Shown here in pieces: positions 11,785-21,954 of a DNA stretch of 64,000 nucleotides (the first letter of the stretch is position 1; each line of letters begins with the position of its first letter). Source of the DNA: Guillardia theta CCMP2712 (Eukaryota; Protista; Cryptophyta); assembly GCF_000315625.1 (NCBI RefSeq), contig NW_005434670.1, forward strand, positions 941,631-1,005,630, written 5' to 3'. Position numbers and translations under genes: made by a program. The notes below the pieces were generated by a model. It ran no database searches. It had not been told where the DNA came from and worked only from the letters and a program-made list of their open reading frames with translations.

Positions 11785-13234
11785 TCATACCTGCAATCCT
11801 CCGTTCACATTCACGCCTGCCCGCGCAAGCCGTCGAGCCGCAGGGTCGTGAGGTCTCGACAGTCCTGCCTCCTTCGACCAGGGAGAATTGGATCCCAAGT
11901 TCAAGATTGGCCTGCGAGACGTTCGCTGCTCGAGCTTCATGCGATTGTCTGACGGTCCCCAACTAGCAGTCACGTCAGCGTCCATTAGAAAATGTTTCGT
12001 CGCCACCTGTGCGAGCTGCCCCACACGATTCCCTCCTGCCCTGCCGGCCTCACTTGTCTCTCGGGGACCGCTGGCGCGTCCGGGAAAGGAGAAGGGGCGA
12101 GGGGGATGGCGTTGCGCAGCTTGGCAGTATTGTCCCCAAACACTTGGTTGCTGAACTTGTGTGGGCGAAGACGAACCGGTTGCTGCACATCCTTGAAAGC
12201 GCCTGAGTGAGAAGTTAGAGGGGGTGTAATGGCGGCAACGCTAGTGATGCTGAACCTCGTTGCCAGGGCCAGGCGTCGCTAAGGATGTTGAGAAAGCTCA
12301 TGTTGTCCTTCTTTGCTTGCTGTGAATGCGCGTCCTTCATAGCCAGCTGGTGTGCAGAGGAAGAATGCCTGCTGAATCGATTCTTGCTGGCTGTTCGAAC
12401 TTTCATCTGCTCTGCTTGCAAGTGCGCATCGTGAGGCTCGCCGAAGATCTTAGGAGGAAAGATGGCCTTAGTCGGCGCTGACACCTCCTGCTGGTCGACC
12501 GGAGCAATTTGGTTCGGCATCCATGAATAGATGTCGGGCTGCCCTGACAAAGCCCCGGGCTGGCGACTTCCAGCGTGAGGGAGGGGGAGCCTGGAGAGAG
12601 CGATGGTTGTAGCGCCACATCGCAGCTGAGACCCATCGAGGACACAAGCGTTTGACTGCTGCTTGCTCCCCTTGAGCTGCTTCAGCAGATCCTGGATCAG
12701 CTTGTTGTCACGCGCCTCTTTGCGTTGCAGGCTGGACACCTCTGCTTCCACCTGCGACAGCTCCGACTTCCCCTCCTCTGACTTGCACGTCGCTCCCTCG
12801 AACGTCACTCCACACTTCTCACTGAGCGACTGCTCCCAGCTAGTCCAGGCATGTCCTGCTTCCTTGTCTAATGCCTTGTATCCAGCCATCAGGGTTGGCC
12901 AGCAGCATCCAAAGGCTTCGGCCTTCTGCCGCATGGCGACGGCGCATTCTTTTCCACATGAAGAGCTCTGCTTCAGGTTTCCACACTTATCCCTGATGAG
13001 CTCACTGAACTTGGACATGTCTTCCTGCCCAGCACACTTCTTGAATTGTGGGTGCATGGATGCGTACAACTGCGCTGTGGAAATCGCAGGCTGCTGCGCA
13101 CTCTTCTCCGCCAGCTCAGCCTTCCTCTGGGGCGAGGAGATCAAGACCATGAGAGCGAGCACGCTCGCCATGCAGGTCAGCCCTGTCGCCAACGCTGCTC
13201 CCCCTCCTCCTCCTCCCAGTCGCCTGCCCGACAT
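11785..13234 (-). CDS. Uncharacterised protein with N-terminal membrane anchor, 8-Cys domain and coiled coil
   Basis: ORF 12215-13255 has hydrophobic ALATGLTCMASVLALMVLISS, a Cys pattern including GCCW, and a heptad segment. Plausible short GT-AG introns extend it to about 11785. Confidence 0.6.
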
Positions 13235-14648
13235 GGTCGCCTTCTCAAGAGACACAGTAACGGAATGTCCTGAATGTAACGGAAAATAACCTAAACTGTA
13301 ACGTACAAGAGAACTCCTCGAGGTAAAGGAGTTTCAGACAGCGCGTGCAAAGTTGCTGATCGCTTAATATACTTATAATTTATACATATATATAAACGTC
13401 CCATAATGTTGAACCGATGGGTTTGACAGATTCAGAGGTGCAAATACACTATGGCCACAAATGGGTAGGGTTCTTTATGTCGGCACCCCCTGGGATAGAC
13501 TCTAATGGGGGTGTGGCTCTGACATTGAGGGGCAAGAGAAAGATCCTCCATCTATGGACCCCCTTTCAATGATTGTTTCATGCAGTGGGCAGGCGGAAGA
13601 GTGGCTGGTTTCGAGGAGGGTGGGGTCTGTTTCCATGCATCTCGATTTGAACGGCCGAGTGAGCTCTTTCAATCATACCTCAAGGTAAGAAATCTTCCAA
13701 TTGATCTACTATCAAATATACAACATCATCGCTACCCTGCTCTCACACAGGACATCCGACTCTGACTCCTAGTGCCTGTGTGGTCCGTTTGCTGACCATT
13801 TCTTTTTTTGCACTGCTCACCCAAGGTGGACATGTCGCAAATATCCGGGGTTCGTGCTGGGCATACCCTGAAGAATTCGAATTTTATAGGAACGTCTATA
13901 AGTAAAAAGGCACTAGAAGCTCTCTGACCTCCCTGAATCAGTACCTCACTCCCAACTGCATCGAATCTCGCATCACCCTACCCCCACAATATCCTGCTTA
14001 CGTCGTGCTTTACTCTGCTGACAATCATTTGTAGGAAAATGTAAATCTCAAGAAGCCTCTTTTCGTTTATTTGGTTTCTAAAAATGAAACCAATAATATA
14101 CTTTTAATACAAACAACGTACCGCTCTTCGTTCATGCGTCCTCCCCTTCCGTTCCCAAACGCCATTGCTGTAGCAATGCTCTCCTTCCCGCCTGCCTTCC
14201 TGCCTGATCCACTCAACCCCTTCATGCTTGCTCCGTGTTCGCTTCCTTCTCAACTTACCCTCACTGTTTTTTATATCACCCCTCTTTTGCTAACGACCGC
14301 TCCTGAAACATTGACGACGGTAGATGGTTGCGAGCACTTGCCTTTGATCTTCTCACTGCTCTAGCTTGATGCTCTCAATTTCTGGCGGGATAATGAGGTT
14401 CCCGAGAAGTGACTCCACCATTGTAATCATTTGAGCGATGCATTTTACACGATGTTGATTAGAGTGAGGAAGTTGCCCACAATGTCGGATTGTGAAAATT
14501 TTCCCTGCAAAGCAATTTTCCCTGCTGCTTTGCAGGGAAAATCCTTCACTTCATCTCCCCATGCTGAGGAAAGTCTGACATCTTGTCTTTTCAGCTTTAG
14601 GTTATATTGGTTATTCTTGTCTCACAAACGGTGAGGCTTGTAGATGTT

Positions 14649-16370
14649 ATGAGGTACAAACTTTCATATTCACAGTCTATGCAACAAGCGAAGGAGAAGG
14701 CAGGCTCGGCAGCAAAGGACTTCATACGCGCTTCCTCTGCGGCTGTTTCCGCCATCTTGAAGCGCAGAGAAGACTCGGACTGCACAGGAGAGGGTGTCTG
14801 CCATGAGGTTTCGCAAGAGGAGAGGAGGTCGCAGGATGAAACGGAGAGGCGTCATTCGGACACGAATAGCTGCCAGGGCAGAATCTCATGCGAGTCGAGA
14901 GAGGAAGAGATGATCTCTGCAAAGGCAGGAGAGCAGCCCATGTTGTCCCGCAGGAAACTCCCTGCGGTGAGGATCAGGGCAGCGATCAACTACATGATAT
15001 CTCTCACTCAGAGTGGTATTCACAAGGATTACATCCTGCAGGCAAGCGAGTATGGGCGGGGGCACTATGGGGTGGTGAGAAAGGCGACGGATCGATGGAC
15101 GGGAGAGGAGGTGGCAGTGAAGGTGATCTCCAAGGTGGGAGACAACGGGGGACTGGAGACTCACCTGATTCAGCGGGAGATCGATATCATGAAAGACGTA
15201 GATCACCCCAACGTCGTGAGGATGTTCGCGTGCTACGAGTCCAGGAGCCACTTCCACATCGTCATGGAGCCGGTGACAGGAGGGCAGCTGCTGGACCGCA
15301 TCGTGGCGAAGGAGCACTACTCGGAGACAGAGGCAGCCGACTGCTTCCTGCAGATTATCAGCGCGGTCAAGTACCTTCATCAGATCGGCATCGTTCACAG
15401 GGACCTCAAGCCGGAGAACGTCCTGTACGCCAGCCCGGACCCGGACTCTCCTCTCAAGATCTGTGACTTCGGGCTCAGCCTCAAGTCCGACATCGAAGAG
15501 CTCGAGGCCGGACGGGCCCGGATGTGGAGCAAGTGCGGGTCGCCGGACTACGTAGCTCCGGAGGTGCTGGGCCGCTCAGGGTACGGGAAGGAGTGCGACG
15601 TGTGGAGCTGCGGGTGCATCCTGTACGTGCTGCTGTGCGGGTTCGCTCCCTTCGGGCAGGACACGCTGAGGAAGAAGTTCAGCTCGATCTGCCGTGGGAA
15701 GTTCAACTTCCCCAGCCCCTACTGGGACCATGTGTCCGATGACGCCAAGGTGAGGAGGGTTGAGGAGGGAAGGAGACTTTGACGGAGAGATGAAGTGGAG
15801 CGTGGGGGGAGGGGGAGGGGGAGGGGAGGACGACGGNNNNNNNNNNNNNNNNNNNNNNNNNNNNNNNNNNNNNNNNNNNNNNNNNNNNNNNNNNNNNNNN
15901 NNNNNNNNNNNNNNNNNNNNNNNNNNNNNNNNNNNNTCCTCCTCCCTCCTCCCCTCCTCCCTCCTCCCTCCTCCTCCTCCCCTCCCTCCCTCCTCCCCTC
16001 CCCCTCCCTCCCTCCTCCCCTCGCCCCTCCCTCCCTCCTCCTCCCTCTCCCCTCCTCCGCTCCCGTCCCCCTGCCCTCGCCTTCCTTCCCTCTCTGTCGA
16101 CTTCTCCTCTCTCCATCTGTGTCCCGCCTCTTCTATATTGCAAGTCCGGCACCCTCTGCCTCTACTTCATCATCCCAGCCGTACGCGCTCCCGCTCTCTC
16201 TGACTCTTTCACAGCTCGCCGATCAAACAGGGAAGGGAGCCATCGGCTTCAAAGATTTCACTCGCCTCCTCTACGTCAGGACCAGGTCGTTCGTCCCTCG
16301 TGTCAGTGACGTCGACTTACCCTCCAGCAGGAAGTGCTCTGATTGCAACACAACAGTCCTTCGCCAATGA
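14649..16370 (+). CDS. CAMK-group Ser/Thr kinase (CaMK1/CDPK-like), interrupted by an assembly gap
   Basis: Kinase motifs GRGHYGVV, VAVK, HRDLKPEN, ICDFG, CGSPDYVAPE, DVWSCG and FPSPYWDHVSDDAK. After the gap there is an EF-hand-like DQTGKGAIGFKDF. Start and end are approximate. Confidence 0.9.
15837..15936. other. Assembly gap (100 N)
   Basis: Run of N flanked by low-complexity G/A and C/T tracts. Confidence 1.
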
Positions 16371-16499
16371 CCGTCCTCTTCTCCTCCTCGTCCACGACAA
16401 CGTTACAACAGCCACAACATGATTCTTTTGATTATTCTTTCATTCCCCTCCTCTTGTAAATAGGTGTGACAGCACTAATCAATAATCGAGTACACCAGC

Positions 16500-17570
16500 T
16501 CAGCTGTCTAGCGAGCACACAAGCAACCGCTCTACCCTCATGCTCCTCAGCTTGCAAAGATCTTCCAGCGTCAGCCACAAGTTCGGAACCACCCTGATCA
16601 ATCTGTACGCGTCGTCGTAGGACAGAGCAAGGAGGAGAGAGTCTTCCGATGCCTGAACGTCTGCTCCCCTCTTGCCCTCTGATAGCGCTCGTTCCTTGGA
16701 CAGGCCCTGCTTCAGCAGCCGGCAGATCTTCATGACAGACATCTCCCCGAAGCACTCCCCCTTCTCCAGCTTGTCGATGATCACCCCGTCCAGCATACAG
16801 ATGCAGCTCCCTGATGCAACCCAGAACATGTGAGTTCCTATCGAATCCTTCTTCGCAATAATCTCGTCCTTCTTGGCCACGCTCACCGTCATCCGGTCAG
16901 CAATCTCTCGCAGGCAGTTCATGTCCACCCTCCGAGCACGGATCGTGCTGCTCTGCAGCAAAGCAGCGACTCGTCCATCGATGTCGAGGGGAGAGTTCTT
17001 CACCGCCTCGATCCTCAACTCCAGCAGCCTCGTTCTCTTCATCCTCTCGCTGTTGACCCTGATGCAATCCTCCAACGAGAACCAGAGGTTTGGTACCATC
17101 CTCATCAACGGCAGGACGACCTTGTAAGACAGCTCAAGCAAGGTGCAAGTTTCCATGGCAACAATGTCGGCTGATCTCCGGCATTCCTGCAGTGCTGTCT
17201 TAATGTCGACTCCATCTCTGACCAGCTTGCAGAGCTTCACGACGAGCATCTCCCCAAAGCATCTTCCAGGCTGAAGAAAGTCTATGACCTTGTTGTCCAG
17301 GATACACTCACAGCACCCGGACACCAGCCAGAACATGTGGGTCCCATGGCATCCCTTCCTCGCTATGAAATCTCCCCTCTCCACAATGCGCACAGACATC
17401 TTCTGTGCAACGAACTGGAGGCAGGTTGCATCCACTGCCCTTGCTCGTATGATGGGCGAATTCATCAGGATCTGCATCTTTTCATGGAGATCGATGCTCC
17501 CCCTCCTGCTACACCTCGGCGATTCCTCCTCTTCATTACACTGCTTTTGATGTGCCTCCACCATACTCAT
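16500..17570 (-). CDS. Intronless protein with two tandem cyclic-nucleotide-binding (cNMP/Crp-fold) domains
   Basis: Two internal repeats each carry I..KG/D..GTHMFW..SG.C.C.LD..VID.L..G.CFGEM...R.AD..A.E...LL.LSY. There is an N-terminal RRGS motif. Confidence 0.85.
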   Translation of the reverse strand: MSMVEAHQKQCNEEEESPRCSRRGSIDLHEKMQILMNSPIIRARAVDATCLQFVAQKMSVRIVERGDFIARKGCHGTHMFWLVSGCCECILDNKVIDFLQPGRCFGEMLVVKLCKLVRDGVDIKTALQECRRSADIVAMETCTLLELSYKVVLPLMRMVPNLWFSLEDCIRVNSERMKRTRLLELRIEAVKNSPLDIDGRVAALLQSSTIRARRVDMNCLREIADRMTVSVAKKDEIIAKKDSIGTHMFWVASGSCICMLDGVIIDKLEKGECFGEMSVMKICRLLKQGLSKERALSEGKRGADVQASEDSLLLALSYDDAYRLIRVVPNLWLTLEDLCKLRSMRVERLLVCSLDS

Positions 17571-18559
17571 CGGAATTCAACTGCTACGACTAGTTCTTCC
17601 TACTCATCAGCATTGCTCAAACCTTCCTGTGCTCGAACCCTTCTCTCTATGTCTTGGTATTGCCCTCAGATGACTGTCTTCTCTCTCTCTCCTCTCCTCT
17701 TCACTCCTCTCCTCTACTTCGCTGCTGCTCGCCCTCGCCCGTGGCTTTCGATTCCTCCCGTTGCGTCTGCAGGGAATGCACGGGATACCGAGAGGTCGTG
17801 GTAATTATCGAAAACACTTCTTTTCGAATACATAGAGATTTGGTTTCTTCGAAACGCTGTAGTTTGAGAACCAGGGCATGCCGGTCACAGGGTTGTTGGA
17901 CCCCCTTCTCCTACTGTGAAATCAAATCAATTGGAGGTGGGTCATCTCCAAGCAATTATATTGACCAATTTATGCACGCAGTGTCGGGTCGCCTGAATTG
18001 GGGGTAGGGTGCTTCTGAAAGAGGTCAAGGGTCGGAAAAGACGGTCCAAATATTGAGATTTTGGGGTGGGTGGTGGAAAATTTGGGGGTACCCTACAACA
18101 CCCCTGGGATACAACAGGGTGGATCGGGGGTGGTTGTAGCTTACACGACAGAGGGGGGTGGTGGACCATGACTGCCTGTTGTGCCATGTGACAGGTCCCG
18201 GACCTACCCCATGTGAGAACGGGACCCACCCACCCCACCTCTCGATTCACCATCCCGTTGGCCCCCGGGACGCTGGGTTGGGGGTTGCATTGGCTACTTC
18301 ACAATCCAACGCCCCCACACCAGGCTCATCGTTTTCTCGAATCTAGCACTAATATCAAATGCGATAGTGCAGCTCACCTTTGTAAATCCTGCACCAGATT
18401 GAGGACCTCTCCGGCTGTAAACGGTCACGAGGTCTCCCCCGGACTGATGAGTCGGTCTACGGGCCGGGGGCCGGGGGTCCGAGGATGGCCCGGGCGTGGC
18501 ACTGCGGCATGTGCCACTGCGACTGTTGTGAGTCCGTGGAGGGCTCGCCGGGGTCGTTT

Positions 18560-18610
18560 TTTACTCAAAGTTAAGTTAAAAATCTTTACTCAAAGTTAAG
18601 TTAAAAAATC
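18560..18610 (+). repeat. 25-bp tandem duplication inside a GC-rich intergenic island
   Basis: tttactcaaagttaagttaaaaatc is repeated twice; the second copy has one extra A. Confidence 0.9.
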
Positions 18611-19325
18611 AGTACCGTGCTCATCGGCTCTTACCGTACTGTTCGGATTTTCATAGCCGGGGCCCGCCGCAGCAGACGGGCAGCCGCGCCGCTGAAGTCG
18701 GACCATCGCTGAGTCGCGGCCGGATTTCCGAAGTTCTCTCAGCTGAGCTGCGGCGAAGGTACTGAAAGCCTGACTCGGAGTATCATGCGGCATGGCAGTT
18801 CAGTTAAAGCACTGAGTAGCCGGGCGGCCTGGCAAGATGACCGTACCGTACTGTGAGGGTCAACTGAGTTGCCAGGTTGAGAGTCGGCGGCGGCGAGGCT
18901 CGCTGTCTTTTCCGACCGAGAGTCTCACTGTCGGCCCGGACGGCACGGGCCGTACGGTACGGTCAGAGTCCGATGAAGTTCGCCCGGCCCGGGTCACCGG
19001 TATCATAGTATCCGACCGATCATACTGATATGATAGTCAATGTCAGTGATTGGCAGTCACCGTGCAGTACGGTATGCGGCGCGGCCTGTCACGGCGCACA
19101 GTGTCGAGAAGTTCAGATGTCACAGTGTGCATTCCATGGCATTTTCTAATGCTCGCTTTTGATCATTTTCGAGCGGGGTACTTCAGCCCAGGATTTTTGA
19201 ATGGTCGGCGCACTGAAAATTTGTACCAGAAACTTCGATAATGGTTGAAAGTATGTTTGAATCGGGGACCGTGTCGAGCAGTTTTAGGTTTACAAGTATT
19301 CTTGCTTCCTCCAAACAACAAGGTT

Positions 19326-21101
19326 TCAAACATTAAAACTATTTTTGACCTTACACGCTTTTACACGCCTGGGGGGTGCATATACAACCAAATCGCCTGC
19401 CCTACCCTTCCCCCATTGCTCTGCATCCGCACCCGCCGGCGCAGGCGGCGTTTGTTTGAATCCCAGATGGCTCTCAGCCAATGGCTCTTTCATCTTATTC
19501 AAGCTCCAGGCCATCCAAGGTTGGATCATGTGTGAATGTTTGTACTTTTGCGGCATACTGCAAGACGACGTTTCAAACAGCTCGAGCTTGTTTTTCAAAG
19601 GAAGCTGTAGGAATCAGCATCGCCATGGATTCCAGAGCCTAGGGCTGTTTTCGAATCCTTTTGATGCTCATTGCAAGATGGAGAATTGCTCGTTTTTGGT
19701 GATCAAGCATCCACAACCCTCTTTCGTATGCTTGAGCTTCGAGCACATCTCTGACTGTAGAGTTGTTTGGTGTCTAGATTGTTTCTCGTAAAGGATCTCT
19801 CTGATTAGGCAATTGATTGTTGTTTTGGTTGGCATTCTACAAGACCCATACTTCCTCCTCTCTGTGTCAACCAAGCACATAAGCATAAGGCATGTCAGTC
19901 GTGTAGGCAACTTGATTGCAAATAGATCGCAAGTGTAAGATCTATGAACTATTCAACGCCATGAATGCCGGATGTGAATGAACTTCCCTCAGGACTTCTC
20001 AGTATCAGAACCAGCGAGCTAAGACATAAGGTAGAGTCTCCATTGAATATCATTCCTGCGAATGTAATGTTTTTATCAGTTGTGGGGAAGAGAAGCATGG
20101 AGACAAGCGGGTGCCCAAGCGAATAGGAACATCTTGCGGATGTAGGTTTGGACAAAGACGGCGATGATTCCGAGGTTGTGAAACAGGCAGCGAAAAGATG
20201 CTGAGGTTTTCGGAGTTCATAAACATGGCTTGTGACGAGCATGTCACACGTAAAGCGATGGAAAACAACAAACAAAAATTGTAAAGCAATCGAAAGCAAC
20301 GAAAATCAATTGAAAACAACAAACAAAATTCTTCTCAAACGTCTTACTCCTTGACTTCAACCACTGATTGAACATCATTTTGACCTCGGTCATATCTCGA
20401 CAAATCCGATTGTACTCCGCCGCTGAACAGAAAGTTGTTTGCGCCATCTTTTCAACGAGTGGTGCCGGGTTTGCAATCGAGAAGTGAGAGATTTCACAGT
20501 ATTTATTATTTTCGATGTCGTCTTCATGAAAAAATATATACCCATGCACTCTGAAATTATCGTGGAGATCATCGTTGGCATGCTCCAACATGCAAGGAAA
20601 GCTGAAGAAACACATTTTTGGTATAGCATTCATTTCATCCGTATCCTTGTAAATTGATTGATAACAATCACGGTTTCCAACCTTGTTCAAAATTCTTTTC
20701 AGGGCCACACAGGGCACTCGATTAGTTATAATGGTTTCGTCTACATGTTCCAAGAGGACTCCATTGTACATGATGTACACTTCGACAACCTGTGCATCTG
20801 AGTGCAGCGATTTGATCATGCCCAGTCGATTCACTTCAACGCCCCTGTGATCTTCACACTGATATTGAACCCCTGTGCCAGGCTCAAGAATAATATTCAA
20901 ATTACTGCTTGGCTTTTTCCAGTACATCCTGGGCAAGTCTCGATCATCAACTGACGTATGCAGGATCATTCGAAGCTTCAAATCTTGAGGTGTCTTTGAC
21001 TCATCACAAGTCTCTTCCTGCTCCAAGAATGTATCGAAATCTTCCTGCCTTCGCCTTCTCTGAATTCCATTTGTTGCTGATACACGACGGTGAAGATTCA
21101 T
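19326..21101 (-). CDS. Hypothetical protein in a lower-GC segment, possible BAH-like region
   Basis: Long ORF 20244-21227 (complex sequence from MNLHRR), with further minus-strand ORF pieces down to 19326. The exon structure is unresolved. Confidence 0.45.
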
Positions 21102-21954
21102 TTGTTGGTGTCTATAACTGGAGCGCAAGGGAAAGGGAAGCAACGGGGAGAGAGGGGAGCAGGGGGGAGGGAGGGAGCAGGGAGGAAGGGAGGGGAGCAG
21201 GGGGGAGGGAGGGAGGGAGAAGAGCATGGAAGGAGGAGGGGAGGGATACTTGCAATGGAGATCTCAGGATTTTTAATGAAAATTATTTGCTCTTTGATCG
21301 GGGGCAAGGGGACCTGTGTTTCGGTGGCACCCTATAGACATAGGGTAGGTATCCATATAAAACAACCGGTGTAGAAAAAAAAGATTGCCGTTGCTAGCTG
21401 GCATACGACTCCTTGATTTGAAAACAAAAATACTTATTGGCTGGATTTACTACACTCGTCAATGGCTGACACTAATAAGATTTCATGAGCGTGTATCGAA
21501 ATATACGAATAACCCTACCCCCTCCACATCAGACAAACATACCGGTACACAGGGTAGAGAGCAGCCAAGAGGCGTGTAAGCCGGAACTCAAATGCTTAAA
21601 ACAAATATAAAAGAGTACTGAGTGGTACAAATCATCCTGGTACAAAATTGACTAAAAACTGTATGCTTATGATCAAATTAACAGGTACAAGTGTTTGTTA
21701 AAAGGATATTAATTTATAATTGGGCATTAGTAAATGCCATGGAATGTTTCCTCACTCCGAGGCTCATAGAGCCGGCCGGCGGCTCCGAAACAAACTTAAC
21801 TCAGTTCCGGTGGTAACTTGCCGGGCGCGAGCGGCCCGCCGCGGCGGCACTGACTCCCGGGCGGGCCCGGCCGGAGCCGGGCCCGGGAACCCCTAATAAG
21901 TACCCGGCTAGTTCGTTTCAAAAGTTTCCGGGAGAAAATTTGACCACCAGTGGG

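Noticed and set aside
16217-16280. Firm CDPK call from the EF-hand after the kinase
   Set aside because: An assembly gap of unknown true length separates the two, so they may belong to different genes.
18400-21910. A defined DNA transposon bounded by the two islands
   Set aside because: No transposase motif, and no convincing terminal inverted repeats or target-site duplication found by eye.
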